The notes under the pieces are model-generated. The model did not search any database, had not been told where the DNA came from, and saw only the letters and a program-made list of their open reading frames with translations. Positions 36,267 through 46,251 of a stretch of 64,000 nucleotides of DNA are shown piece by piece. The stretch's first letter is position 1, and every line of letters begins with the position of its first letter. The position numbers and the translations under genes are program-made. Source of the DNA: Lishizhenia tianjinensis (GTDB taxonomy: Bacteria; Bacteroidota; Bacteroidia; Flavobacteriales_D; Crocinitomicaceae). Location: NCBI RefSeq assembly GCF_900116425.1, contig NZ_FPAS01000001.1, positions 978,767 through 1,042,766 of the forward strand, written 5' to 3'.

Positions 36267-37637
36267 ATGAAATTTGCCATTACAGATCTAGAAACAACTG
36301 GCGGTAGTCCGAAAAAATCGAAGATTACCGAAATTGCTATCTATAAATGTGATGGTGATAAAATCATTGATGAATACACCACTTTGGTTAACCCCGAAAT
36401 GCCCATTCCAAAGTTCATTACCCAATTAACGGGTATTAATGATGAAATGGTAGAAAACGCACCCAGGTTTTATGAAATAGCTAAGGACATTATCGAATTC
36501 TTAGAAGATTGTGTATTTGTAGCCCATAATGTTGGATTTGACTATGGTGTTTTACGGGGTGAATACAAATCTTTAGGCTATGATTTTCGTTACCCACACA
36601 TGTGTACAGTAAGAGCTTCTCGCATTTTATTGCCTGGACATGATTCTTACAGTTTGGGTAAACTTACCAATGATTTAGGCATAGAACTGGTGGGCAGACA
36701 CAGAGCTGCAGGGGATGCCATGGCTACAGTCGAATTGTTTAAAATTCTTTACGCCAAAGACAGCAATGAACTCAACACTTTCATTACCTCTGAGATAAAT
36801 CCTACTGTACTCCACCCAAATTTAGATTTGAGTCATTTGGAAGATATCCCTAACAAAACAGGGGTATATAGATTCTACGATGACACCAACCGTTTGATCT
36901 ATATAGGGAAAAGTAAACACATCCTTACCCGCATCAAGCAGCATTTGAAGAACAGTAAAACCAAACGTGCCATAGAAATGCGTGAAAATATTGCGCGCAT
37001 AGAATACGAATTGACGGGGTCTGAAATGATTTCCTTACTGTATGAATCTGCCTTAATAAAACAATACAAACCCATCTACAACCGAGCATTGAGAAGATCC
37101 AATTTTTCTCATGGCCTATTTTCGTATACAGACAATGCGGGTTACATCAACTTGTACGTCGATACTTTAAATAAAAATACAGATCCACCGATTACAACTT
37201 TTACTTCGAGAGCAGATAGTAAAAAGTTTTTGGAAGACATAGCTAGCAAGCATGTGTTATGTCAAAAACTACTCGGTATTTACCCTACCCAACACGCTTG
37301 TTTTAGCTACCACACCAAACAGTGTTTTGGCGCTTGTATACAAAAAGAACCCACTTTAACCTACAACGCCAGAGTGAATAGCTTTATAGACTCTATGGCC
37401 TTTGACAATGAAAACTTCTTCATCATAGAAAAGGGAAGAAAAAAGGGAGAAAACAGTATAGTACTGATAGAAAATGGCATTTACATAGGTTATGGATACC
37501 TACCTTTCTTTCACATGAGTAAAGGAATAGAAGTGTGGAAAGAGGCCATCGAACGCCAGCACGAAGACAGAGATGCTCGAACGATAATTCGTTATTATTT
37601 ACGCAAGAATAAGGATTTGAATATTAGACAGTTTTAA
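36267..37637 (+). CDS. DnaQ-like 3'-5' exonuclease (Pol III epsilon family) fused to a GIY-YIG nuclease domain
   Basis: Exo I 'FAITDLETTG', Exo II 'FVAHNVGFDYGVL' and Exo III 'HRAAGDAMAT' are present. 'GVYRFYDDTNRLIYIGKSKHILTRIKQH' is GIY-YIG. The ORF-track start at 36258 is TTG, so the ATG at 36267 is used. Confidence 0.8.
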   Translation: MKFAITDLETTGGSPKKSKITEIAIYKCDGDKIIDEYTTLVNPEMPIPKFITQLTGINDEMVENAPRFYEIAKDIIEFLEDCVFVAHNVGFDYGVLRGEYKSLGYDFRYPHMCTVRASRILLPGHDSYSLGKLTNDLGIELVGRHRAAGDAMATVELFKILYAKDSNELNTFITSEINPTVLHPNLDLSHLEDIPNKTGVYRFYDDTNRLIYIGKSKHILTRIKQHLKNSKTKRAIEMRENIARIEYELTGSEMISLLYESALIKQYKPIYNRALRRSNFSHGLFSYTDNAGYINLYVDTLNKNTDPPITTFTSRADSKKFLEDIASKHVLCQKLLGIYPTQHACFSYHTKQCFGACIQKEPTLTYNARVNSFIDSMAFDNENFFIIEKGRKKGENSIVLIENGIYIGYGYLPFFHMSKGIEVWKEAIERQHEDRDARTIIRYYLRKNKDLNIRQF

Positions 37638-37861
37638 GCTTGACTCTCCTTCGCTTCTTGTAGTTTCTCTACATATTTTACCACCCTCGAAATCACCATC
37701 ACCATCACTAAAAAAGCCAAGAAAATTATCATACAAAGTTGTTTTAAGCGTTCTACTACTGTTAACGTTAGACTACTTAAAATCTTGTGTTTTGCGCGTA
37801 TTTTTCTTTGATTTTGTTCGTTTTCCCTTTCAATGGAGTAAAAGTGACTTATTTTTTCCAT
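37634..37861 (-). CDS. Possible small membrane protein (75 aa)
   Basis: ATG start. One clear TM 'MIIFLAFLVMVMVISRVV'. It overlaps the end of the upstream convergent gene by 4 bp. No homology signal. Confidence 0.25.
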   Translation of the reverse strand: MEKISHFYSIERENEQNQRKIRAKHKILSSLTLTVVERLKQLCMIIFLAFLVMVMVISRVVKYVEKLQEAKESQA

Positions 37862-37959
37862 TTCAAATCCAGATTTACCCCTGCTCCACTCCTTATAATC
37901 TCTAGAAAAAACTATTTTTACCTATTGCAAAAATTACAGGGAATCGAAAGCAAAATATT

Positions 37960-39045
37960 ATGGCAAAAAAAGAGATCATTACAGAAAAATCACTTGATTT
38001 TCTTACGAAATACTTAAACAATACATCACCAACTGGCTTTGAAGCTGAAGGACAAAAACTTTGGTTAAACTACGTTAAGCCATACATAGACGAATACTTT
38101 ACAGATAACTACGGAACAGTGGTTGGGGTTATAAACCCTGAGGCTAAATACAAAGTGGTAATCGAAGCCCATGCCGATGAAATCTCATGGTTTGTGCACT
38201 ACATCACCAAAGAAGGATTTATCTATTTGAGAAGAAACGGTGGTTCTGATCATATGATAGCCCCTTCGAAACGCGTAAATATTCATACAGACAAAGGTAT
38301 AGTAAAGGCTGTTTTTGGATGGCCAGCTATTCATACTCGTCACGAAAAAGAAGAAACGCCTTCTATGAAAAACATTACACTAGATTGTGGATGTGAATCA
38401 GCAGAAGAAGTGGAAGCTTTGGGTGTACACGTTGGCTGTGTAGTTACTTTCGACGATGAATTCACAATTTTAAATGAAAAGAAATTTGTGGGAAGAGCTT
38501 TAGACAATAGAATCGGAGGATTTATGATTGCTGAAGTTGCACGTTTGTTGAAAGAAGAAAATCACCAATTAGACTTTGGTTTATACATCGTAAATGCCGT
38601 TCAGGAAGAAGTCGGCCTACGTGGAGCTCAAATGATTGCTCAAAAGATTAAACCAGATGTTGCCATCGTTACTGATGTTTGTCATGATACGCAAACTCCT
38701 ATGATAGACAAAAAGGTGCATGGAGACCAAGCAGGTGGTAAAGGTCCTGTTTTAACCTACGGTCCTGCCGTACAAAACAACTTATTAAAACACATCATTA
38801 GCGCTGCAAACGACAATAAGATTCCTTTCCAGCGTGCAGCAGCATCTCGAGCAACAGGGACTGATACAGACGCTTTTGCCTACAGCAATGAAGGTGTACC
38901 AAGTTCATTGATTTCTTTGCCTTTGCGCTACATGCACACTACGGTTGAAATGTGCCACAAAGATGACGTAGAAAATACCATACGTTTGATTTTAGAAGCG
39001 GTGAAAACTTTGCAAAACGGACAAGACTTTAGATACATTAAATAA
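37960..39045 (+). CDS. M42 family aminopeptidase (FrvX/CelM-like)
   Basis: The N-terminus 'LTKYLNNTSPTGFEAEGQ', 'IEAHADEI' and 'GRALDNRIG' are M42 metal-ligand contexts. Confidence 0.75.
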   Translation: MAKKEIITEKSLDFLTKYLNNTSPTGFEAEGQKLWLNYVKPYIDEYFTDNYGTVVGVINPEAKYKVVIEAHADEISWFVHYITKEGFIYLRRNGGSDHMIAPSKRVNIHTDKGIVKAVFGWPAIHTRHEKEETPSMKNITLDCGCESAEEVEALGVHVGCVVTFDDEFTILNEKKFVGRALDNRIGGFMIAEVARLLKEENHQLDFGLYIVNAVQEEVGLRGAQMIAQKIKPDVAIVTDVCHDTQTPMIDKKVHGDQAGGKGPVLTYGPAVQNNLLKHIISAANDNKIPFQRAAASRATGTDTDAFAYSNEGVPSSLISLPLRYMHTTVEMCHKDDVENTIRLILEAVKTLQNGQDFRYIK

Positions 39046-39050
39046 GCTCA

Positions 39051-40049
39051 ATGAGTGAAGTTGAAATCATAAAGAAGGTTAAGCAGAAAGACTTTGCCCC
39101 CGTGTACATTTTACATGGGGAAGAACCTTATTTTATCGACTTAATTACCCAAGCCATTATAGAGAATGCTTTGGATGAAAGTGAAAGAGATTTCAACCAA
39201 ACCATACTCTACGGTAAGGATTGTGATCCGGTAGCCTTGGTTTCTCAAGCCAAGACCTATCCCATGATGGCCGAACGTCAGCTGGTAGTGTTAAAAGAGG
39301 CGCAAGACATGAAAGATTGGGACATGGTAGATGCTTACCTGCAAAACCCTGTTCCTACTACTGTTTTTGTAATAGCCCACAAATACAAGAAAGTTGATGG
39401 AAGAAAGAAATTCTTAAAAGAAGCCAACAAAAAAGGAGTGGTATTCTTGAGTGAAAAAGTCAAAGACTGGAACCTGAATGCTTGGATACAAGATTTTGTG
39501 AAGCAACAAGGATTTAGTATTACAGACAAAGCACTCAACCTTTTGGCCAATGCCACCGGAAACGACTTGTCTAAAATCACCAAAGAGGTAGACAAACTTT
39601 CTATCGTTCTTGAAAAAGGGACGCAAATTTCTGACATACACATAGAGGAAAACATTGGTATTTCTAAAGACTACAATGTTTGGGAATTGAAAAGCGCTGT
39701 ACAAGAACGTCAGGTTAAAAAGGCCTTGGAAATCGTAAAATACTTTGATCAGAACCCTAAAGCAACAGCGGGTGTAGTGGTAGTAAGTACTTTATTTGAG
39801 TTGTTTAAACAACTCATGTACATGCATTTTTCAAAAAACAATACAGATCAAGAAATAGCCACAGGTTTAAAAATGAATCCTTTCATTGTGCGCAAAACAC
39901 GACAAGCCACCAAAATATTTCCTGTGAAAAAAACAGCCAAGAACATTGCCATACTTCAAGAATTTGATTTAAAATTTAAAGGTATCAATCGTGGACAGGC
40001 AACAGATGGAGAACTTTACAAAGAATTAATTTACAGACTCTTGCACTAA
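39051..40049 (+). CDS. holA: DNA polymerase III delta subunit
   Basis: The N-terminus 'FAPVYILHGEEPYFIDLI' is typical of HolA. 332 aa. Confidence 0.75.
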   Translation: MSEVEIIKKVKQKDFAPVYILHGEEPYFIDLITQAIIENALDESERDFNQTILYGKDCDPVALVSQAKTYPMMAERQLVVLKEAQDMKDWDMVDAYLQNPVPTTVFVIAHKYKKVDGRKKFLKEANKKGVVFLSEKVKDWNLNAWIQDFVKQQGFSITDKALNLLANATGNDLSKITKEVDKLSIVLEKGTQISDIHIEENIGISKDYNVWELKSAVQERQVKKALEIVKYFDQNPKATAGVVVVSTLFELFKQLMYMHFSKNNTDQEIATGLKMNPFIVRKTRQATKIFPVKKTAKNIAILQEFDLKFKGINRGQATDGELYKELIYRLLH

Positions 40050-40753
40050 TGAGACAGTTTTACCTTCCAGAATTAACGAAAGAGAATACGCGTTTTACCT
40101 TACCTATTGAGGAATCCAAACATATTTCTCGTGTCTTGCGCATGAAAAATGGAGATGAAATTCAGTTGCTCAATGGAAAAGGATTAGTGGCTGTAGCAGC
40201 GATTACAGATAATAACCCCAAAGCTACAGAGGTAGATATACTCCGTTTTGAAGAGTTCCCTCTTCCTGCCGAAGAAATACACATAGCTATCGCTCCAACC
40301 AAGAATAACGATAGAATAGAATATTTCTTGGAGAAGGCAACGGAAATTGGTGTTACAAAAGTAAGTTTACTCTTAACCGATAATGCTGAACGCAACAAGG
40401 TTAAACTCGATAGGTTTGAAAAGATATTCGTGAGTGCCATGAAACAATCGAAACGTGTGCACTTACCTATTTTAGAAGATTTGGTGAAGACAAAAGACTT
40501 CATAAATGCACATCCTAATGGATTAATTGCGCATTGCTATGAAGATACGAAAACCAATATTTTCACTTCCTTTAAAGCGCAGAGTTGTCCTATTATTATT
40601 GGTCCGGAAGGCGATTTTTCTGAGCAAGAATTGGCTTTAGCCAAAGAGAAGGGCTATACACCCATCACTTTAGGAGAAAACAGGTTAAGAACAGAAACTG
40701 CTGGACTTTACGCAGTTACCGTTGCTCGACTTTGGTTAGATATGAATTCTTAA
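40049..40753 (+). CDS. rsmE: 16S rRNA (uracil1498-N3)-methyltransferase RsmE
   Basis: 'MRQFYLPEL..' and 'IHIAIAPTKNNDRIEYFLEKATEIGVTKV' are present. 1-bp overlap with holA (taATG). Confidence 0.8.
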   Translation: MRQFYLPELTKENTRFTLPIEESKHISRVLRMKNGDEIQLLNGKGLVAVAAITDNNPKATEVDILRFEEFPLPAEEIHIAIAPTKNNDRIEYFLEKATEIGVTKVSLLLTDNAERNKVKLDRFEKIFVSAMKQSKRVHLPILEDLVKTKDFINAHPNGLIAHCYEDTKTNIFTSFKAQSCPIIIGPEGDFSEQELALAKEKGYTPITLGENRLRTETAGLYAVTVARLWLDMNS

Positions 40754-40786
40754 TTTATCTCCTTATTTTAGAAGAAAAGAAACGGC

Positions 40787-41458
40787 ATGAAAATCCTCAA
40801 ACCCTTATTATTGATTGTTGCACTTCTTGCACTTACCAGTGCATCCGAAACGGCGAGTTATCAATTAGCAGTTTTGAAATACAACGGAGGTGGAGATTAT
40901 TACGCCAACCCCACTGCACTTCCTAATTTAATTGAATTTTGTAATACAGAATTGGGGACCAATATCTCTACTGAAGTTCCTTATGTGGAGGTAGGGTCGA
41001 CAGATCTTTTTAACTACCCCTACGTTAACATGACCGGGCATGGAAACGTTGTGTTTTCTACAGCAGAGGCAGAAAACCTGCGCAATTACTTAATGGGTGG
41101 TGGTTTCTTACATATAGACGACAACTACGGAATGGATAAATTCATTCGTTTAGAGATACAAAAGGTTTTCCCCAATAATCCACTTGTAGAGCTGCCTAAT
41201 GACCATGCCATCTTTAAGCAGAAATACACTTTTGATGGTTTACCTAAAATTCACGAACACGACGGAAAGCGCGCACAAGCTTTTGCTATAATTATTGAGG
41301 GAAGAGTGGCTTGTTTATACACCTATGAAACCGATTTAGGTGATGGATGGGAAGATCAAAGTGTACACAACGACTCTGAAGAAAAACGAATTGAAGCCCT
41401 TAAAATGGGTGCTAACATACTGCAATACGCCTTTCTAAATGGCGGATTAGACGATTAA
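40787..41458 (+). CDS. DUF4159 domain protein (secreted)
   Basis: Signal peptide. 'LKYNGGGDYYANPTALPNL', 'MTGHGNVVFS', 'GGFLHIDDNYGMDKF' and 'DLGDGWED' are the conserved DUF4159 blocks as I recall them. Confidence 0.55.
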   Translation: MKILKPLLLIVALLALTSASETASYQLAVLKYNGGGDYYANPTALPNLIEFCNTELGTNISTEVPYVEVGSTDLFNYPYVNMTGHGNVVFSTAEAENLRNYLMGGGFLHIDDNYGMDKFIRLEIQKVFPNNPLVELPNDHAIFKQKYTFDGLPKIHEHDGKRAQAFAIIIEGRVACLYTYETDLGDGWEDQSVHNDSEEKRIEALKMGANILQYAFLNGGLDD

Positions 41459-41466
41459 GAAACAGA

Positions 41467-42456
41467 ATGAGCAAAATATTTACTACATCATTATTTCTAC
41501 TTCTTACCCTACCACTACTCGCTTTTGAAATTTCGAGGGAACAAAAAACACCCGATTTTAAATTTGAGCCCTTTGAGAGAAATATTCACATCTCCGAAGA
41601 TTTAGATGCCGAAATTAGAGCTTTAAAGGATAAGCCTCAATCAGAGTGGACGGGACAAGACAGCTTAACTTATGGAATACAACTCGTTTTACTTCATCAA
41701 TACGAATTATCGTTAAGTTTTATTCTACGTACGCATTACGATACGGTAAGCAACCCGGAAAAACTTCACCTATTTCAGGAGAGTTTTTTACGAAATGAGG
41801 CGTATGATGCACTTCATAAATCCATACTTTTTGAAAAAGGAGATGATTTTAACCGCGTGTTGAGCTATCGTTTAGATGTGGCCAGAGCCATGATGTTATT
41901 AAAACAAGGTGTTTGGGATAGCAACACCAGCAAAATGTTTCCAGAAATCATTCGTTTAAAAAGAGAAGAAAGAAGTAAGGAAGAAAACATTGCCATCGCT
42001 CATGATTTAGATGAAGCGTTACGACTCTTTGTAGTTCATTTAAACCGACAAAGCAATGAGATCGTCTCTGAGGCTTATGAGGAATTTGGTGATTTCCTAC
42101 TTGATAATTTCACAGAAAGCAACGCCTACATTGCCTATTCTTTGAGCAGGTACTACTACAACAGAAACAAGTCAGTTTCCTCTAAAATTAAAGAAGTTAA
42201 AAGTGTAATGGATGAAAAACACTACATCCTTCCTAGCTTCAGAAAGATCTTTGGAAAAATACAACCGGGGAGATTTAACTATGAATTACTCAAGGAGAAA
42301 CAAATAGAAAAAGACAGTGTAAAGGCACCCGTTGTTGAGCTTCCTAAAAAAGAAAAGAATGACCTCTTACCCAAATACAATGGACAATTGATCATTCTTA
42401 TCGGTATACTTATAATACTTCTTGGAGTTATCCTATTTGTACGTACGAAGCGTTAG
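41467..42456 (+). CDS. Hypothetical protein with signal peptide and C-terminal TM anchor
   Basis: 'MSKIFTTSLFLLLTLPLLA' at the N-terminus and 'LIILIGILIILLGVILFV' at the C-terminus. Confidence 0.45.
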   Translation: MSKIFTTSLFLLLTLPLLAFEISREQKTPDFKFEPFERNIHISEDLDAEIRALKDKPQSEWTGQDSLTYGIQLVLLHQYELSLSFILRTHYDTVSNPEKLHLFQESFLRNEAYDALHKSILFEKGDDFNRVLSYRLDVARAMMLLKQGVWDSNTSKMFPEIIRLKREERSKEENIAIAHDLDEALRLFVVHLNRQSNEIVSEAYEEFGDFLLDNFTESNAYIAYSLSRYYYNRNKSVSSKIKEVKSVMDEKHYILPSFRKIFGKIQPGRFNYELLKEKQIEKDSVKAPVVELPKKEKNDLLPKYNGQLIILIGILIILLGVILFVRTKR

Positions 42457-43703
42457 AGTTCTAGTCCTTTTATTTCCTGGACCGCACCTCCGGCAATTCC
42501 TCTTACTGAACCGTACATTTCTATAGTAGAGTTTACCACTTTATCTATCTGTTTTTCGCGTTCTTTCCAGATACGTTGCATGGCACGTTTTTCCCTGTCG
42601 AGTTCACTTTTCATAGAGCTAAAACCTTCCACAATTGCCTCTATCTGGTGTTTAAATTCTGGAGAAATCATGTAGTTGTAGAGCAAGTTCATTTTATCTC
42701 CTTGGTTTTCTTGAGAGGCTTTCACCAAAGAAGTCTTCAACAAACCATCTCTAATTACGGCCGCCAAGGCTTTAAATTCGTGGAATTGACATACCCATAT
42801 ACCATTATAGAAACCAAACTGTGTCATTTCTTTAGGCATCACTTGCGTAATTAAAATAGCCACATCTGCTCCTTCATTTCTTTGGTCTAACTTTAGTTTG
42901 TCCACCCAGTCATTGGCCCAGTTCTTTGTACGTTTACTTTCATAAACAATTTTACCTGCCGTTTTACCTTGGTTATCGCGCACTTCCTGAATACAATCTG
43001 CACCTTTGATACCTTTACTTACTTCGGTAATCACATCAAAGGGAAAGGTGGTAGCCAATTGCTCCTCAATTTCTAGTTCTTGTACCTCACCTTGCAACTG
43101 CATAGACCCCTGTTGTGCCTTACGCTTCATCTCTTCTATCAGCTTGGCTTGGTCTTCCATTTGCTTCTGGTACTCTTTTATTTTTAAGGCATTTTCTTCA
43201 TCCTTGCGCTGTGCAATTTCCTCTTCTATTTTCTTTCTAGAATCTAAAATCTTTTGTTGCACCTCTAAATCCAGACGTTTCTTTTGCTCTTCTATCTCTT
43301 GTTTTTGAATTTTCAGTTCGAGTTCTTTCTTTTGAGCCGCCAACAATTCCTCATCCTTCTTGTTGAGCTTTTCTTTGATCAACTCCAATTCTTTAGCGTT
43401 TTTAGAAGAAATCTCAGCACTCAAGGCAGCTTCAATTTTCTTCTTTTCTTGCTCTAACAATTCGGCAACACGTTTCTGCTGGTATTCCTTTTCTTTCTTC
43501 TTGAATTCTTCCAGCTTGAGTTCCTGTTCCTTTATTTCTTGTTGATGTTTTAAAAGTGCTTCTTCACGTGCCTTTATTTTCTGAGCAACCTCATTATTCT
43601 TCTCCTGGAGTTCTCTCCTTAATTTCTCCTCTATTTCTAGGGTTAATGCTTGTTCTGCATGGAAAGAAGTTCCACAATTTGGACAGGTAATTTGATCGTT
43701 CAT
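42453..43703 (-). CDS. Zinc-ribbon + long coiled-coil protein with a C-terminal globular domain (DUF2130-like)
   Basis: 'ITCPNCGTSFHAEQ' is a Zn-ribbon. A Lys/Glu-rich coiled coil spans aa 20-200. C-terminal domain 'GADCIQEV..ESKRTKNW'. Confidence 0.45.
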   Translation of the reverse strand: MNDQITCPNCGTSFHAEQALTLEIEEKLRRELQEKNNEVAQKIKAREEALLKHQQEIKEQELKLEEFKKKEKEYQQKRVAELLEQEKKKIEAALSAEISSKNAKELELIKEKLNKKDEELLAAQKKELELKIQKQEIEEQKKRLDLEVQQKILDSRKKIEEEIAQRKDEENALKIKEYQKQMEDQAKLIEEMKRKAQQGSMQLQGEVQELEIEEQLATTFPFDVITEVSKGIKGADCIQEVRDNQGKTAGKIVYESKRTKNWANDWVDKLKLDQRNEGADVAILITQVMPKEMTQFGFYNGIWVCQFHEFKALAAVIRDGLLKTSLVKASQENQGDKMNLLYNYMISPEFKHQIEAIVEGFSSMKSELDREKRAMQRIWKEREKQIDKVVNSTIEMYGSVRGIAGGAVQEIKGLEL

Positions 43704-43704
43704 C

Positions 43705-44160
43705 TTAAAATATCTTTTCTATGTTTTGTGTAATACCGTTAAATACAAAGCTATCTCCAGCTTTCAAACCCAACATGGCTTGAACAATAGGTGCAGTGGG
43801 TGAAACAGCGAAGTAAGTTTTTCCAGCAACTTCTAATTTACCCATGGCTAAAGAAATGTAGAATGCACCCTTTTGGGTCTCTACTACAGCCCCCAAACCA
43901 ACGGTTTCCATATTGTCTAAGGGTAAACCTTGAACTCTATTTTTGCTTTGCTTGATGGTTTGAATGATTTTACCCGCCTTTTCCTGTTCTAATTGCGCCA
44001 TGGCTCTACCCGTTTCGTGCTTGTCTCCAGCGGTGCTCTTGGTTTCACTTTGAACAGCCTCCAAAGCTTCATCCATTCTTTCCAAAGCACTTTTTAACTG
44101 TTGCTCAACGGTTTCCAACATTTTTTGCTGTAAACTTGCTTTCAATTCTTTCGTATCCAC
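43705..44160 (-). CDS. GreA/GreB-family (Rnk-like) protein
   Basis: Coiled-coil N-terminal half. C-terminal 'VSPTAPIVQAMLGLKAGDSFVF' resembles the GreA FKBP-like domain 'SPLGRALLGKKVGDEV'. GTG start per the ORF track, so the start is uncertain. Confidence 0.45.
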   Translation of the reverse strand: MDTKELKASLQQKMLETVEQQLKSALERMDEALEAVQSETKSTAGDKHETGRAMAQLEQEKAGKIIQTIKQSKNRVQGLPLDNMETVGLGAVVETQKGAFYISLAMGKLEVAGKTYFAVSPTAPIVQAMLGLKAGDSFVFNGITQNIEKIF

Positions 44161-44309
44161 CTTCGCCTTTATTTAAAAATACAAGTTTAAAAGAAATAAG
44201 CATTTAACATAGGAAATAAAAGTCCCTTCTTTGGCAAAGTCTTCTTTTTTCTCTCCTCTAAAATTGAACTGAAAATACAAGCCTATAAAATATGTACATT
44301 TGATGCGCT

Positions 44310-45197
44310 ATGGAAATAATTATCGGTACACATACAGTAACGGAAGAACTTGAAAACATTCGTGTATCCGACTATTTGGCCCTAAAATTCCCGCAATTAC
44401 AATCTCGCAAAGCAGTAAAAAAAGCCCTGAAGAAAAAGTTACTGCTTCACAATAAAAACATAGCCCTGTCTGGGACGTATGTGAAGCAAGGTGATTTATT
44501 TGAATTGTTAGAAGAACAGGTAACACCACCCAAAATTTTCCCATTGGGTTTGGAAGTTTTATTTGAAGATGAATACCTTGCTGTAGTCTTCAAACCCGCA
44601 GGTTTTCCTGTTTCGGGAAATCAGTACAAAACCATACACAATGCTTTGCCCCATAATTTAAGCAGCTCCCAAGAAACAGATGCACTAAATTGGCCCTTGC
44701 CTGTACACCGTTTAGATGCCCCTACTTCTGGTCTATTAATCATAGCAAAAACACATGGAGCTCGTATTGCTTTGGGAGAAATGCTGGCAAAAAAAGAAAT
44801 TCAGAAACACTACCATGCAGTAGTTCAGGGTTACTTCAATACGAAGGGTATACTAAACACACCTATAGAAGGTAAAAAAGCAGAAAGTCACCTTAAAACT
44901 TTGAGCATCTCACCTTCTAAGTTGAATGGACATTTGAGTTTATTAGAACTTTCTCCTTTAACGGGAAGAACCCATCAATTGCGTATACATTTATCTCGCC
45001 TAGGACATCCGATAGCCGGAGATAAAATCTATGGTAAACCTGGGAATACGATTGGACACAAAGGACTTTTTCTTTCGGCGATTGCCTTAGAATTTATACA
45101 TCCGAAAACCAATGAAAAAATAGAAATTAGGGTCAAACACCCCGCAAAATTTGACAGTTACTTAGCCCGAGAAGCCAGAAATGCTACTCTTGAGTAA
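44310..45197 (+). CDS. RluA-family pseudouridine synthase with an N-terminal S4-like domain
   Basis: 'LPVHRLDAPTSGLLIIAKTHGA' is the catalytic-Asp motif HRLD. Confidence 0.75.
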   Translation: MEIIIGTHTVTEELENIRVSDYLALKFPQLQSRKAVKKALKKKLLLHNKNIALSGTYVKQGDLFELLEEQVTPPKIFPLGLEVLFEDEYLAVVFKPAGFPVSGNQYKTIHNALPHNLSSSQETDALNWPLPVHRLDAPTSGLLIIAKTHGARIALGEMLAKKEIQKHYHAVVQGYFNTKGILNTPIEGKKAESHLKTLSISPSKLNGHLSLLELSPLTGRTHQLRIHLSRLGHPIAGDKIYGKPGNTIGHKGLFLSAIALEFIHPKTNEKIEIRVKHPAKFDSYLAREARNATLE

Positions 45198-45615
45198 AGG
45201 TGTATTTAACCTCTTCTTTGTATCCATCGAGAAGTAAAACAATTTCGCTCCCCGCTTCTTGTTTGTAGGCTAAATTTGAAATATCAAAGACTAAAGATTT
45301 AGACACTAATTCTCTACACGCATCACCTTTAGGGTCTCTTTGCAAACGTATACCACGTTTAGGAGGCAAAGATTTCATGATCATATTACTGCCTATCAAA
45401 GTAAAAGCTTGTTCTTCACATCCCCCAGAATAACTCACTTCTAGGAACATTAAATTCCCTTCTATTCTCACACTATTGATTTGAGCTGTAGGTGCATTTT
45501 GATCTATTTCACCTAAAATTGCTTTCGGTGTAGACATTTTTTCACTTGCAGATTTTTTGGCGTTGCCACAAGCCAATAAAGCTATACTCATCACTAAAAA
45601 CAGCAGTACTTTCAT
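45184..45615 (-). CDS. Hypothetical lipoprotein
   Basis: 'MKVLLFLVMSIALLACGN' is a lipobox. Confidence 0.5.
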   Translation of the reverse strand: MKVLLFLVMSIALLACGNAKKSASEKMSTPKAILGEIDQNAPTAQINSVRIEGNLMFLEVSYSGGCEEQAFTLIGSNMIMKSLPPKRGIRLQRDPKGDACRELVSKSLVFDISNLAYKQEAGSEIVLLLDGYKEEVKYTFTQE

Positions 45616-45618
45616 ATC

Positions 45619-46233
45619 TTAAAAATAAAGTGAATATCCAAAACCAATTGTGAATGCAGAGGAACCTCGTCTTAACTCTTCGGCTTTTCTACCTGCCAAT
45701 ACTTCCTCATTGAGCATGTGCGGTTTAAAAGCGAAACCATAATTTACGTAGGAAACCACTAACCTGTAGCTCGTTGTAGGAGAAGAGGTTAAGCTTAAAC
45801 CAAAAGTAGGTTCAAAGGCAATCGCATCAAAGGTGTAATTAGAGGCTGTACTGGCCAAACGGTTGATGTTGTAGGAAGTTTTTAAACCATAATCAACCCC
45901 TATTCTACCGTAGTATTTTTCGTAACCAACTTTAGCATAGGGTCCGGCAATGTGCAAGCCACCATCTAAATTATTGGGTGTTTTAAACTCGTTAATGGTA
46001 AAGAATTGATAGCGCAAACCACCACCTATGTAGACCTTATTTTTCAATGCATATTGATAGCCTGCATCCAAGCAGATTAACCCTTGCATGATTTCTTTAA
46101 AAGCAAAATTTGAGAGTGCGTTTGGAAAAGATATTCCTGCCTGAAATGAATGTGGACCTCCGTCAAATTCTTGGGCTTTTATGCCGCTGACAGACATCAT
46201 TAATACACTTAGGACGAGCAATAACTTTTTCAT
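45619..46233 (-). CDS. Outer-membrane beta-barrel protein (porin-family)
   Basis: Signal peptide. Alternating hydrophobic strands. The terminal '..GYSLYF' ends with an aromatic residue. Confidence 0.5.
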   Translation of the reverse strand: MKKLLLVLSVLMMSVSGIKAQEFDGGPHSFQAGISFPNALSNFAFKEIMQGLICLDAGYQYALKNKVYIGGGLRYQFFTINEFKTPNNLDGGLHIAGPYAKVGYEKYYGRIGVDYGLKTSYNINRLASTASNYTFDAIAFEPTFGLSLTSSPTTSYRLVVSYVNYGFAFKPHMLNEEVLAGRKAEELRRGSSAFTIGFGYSLYF

Positions 46234-46251
46234 CGGGTCTTTCTTCTAAAG

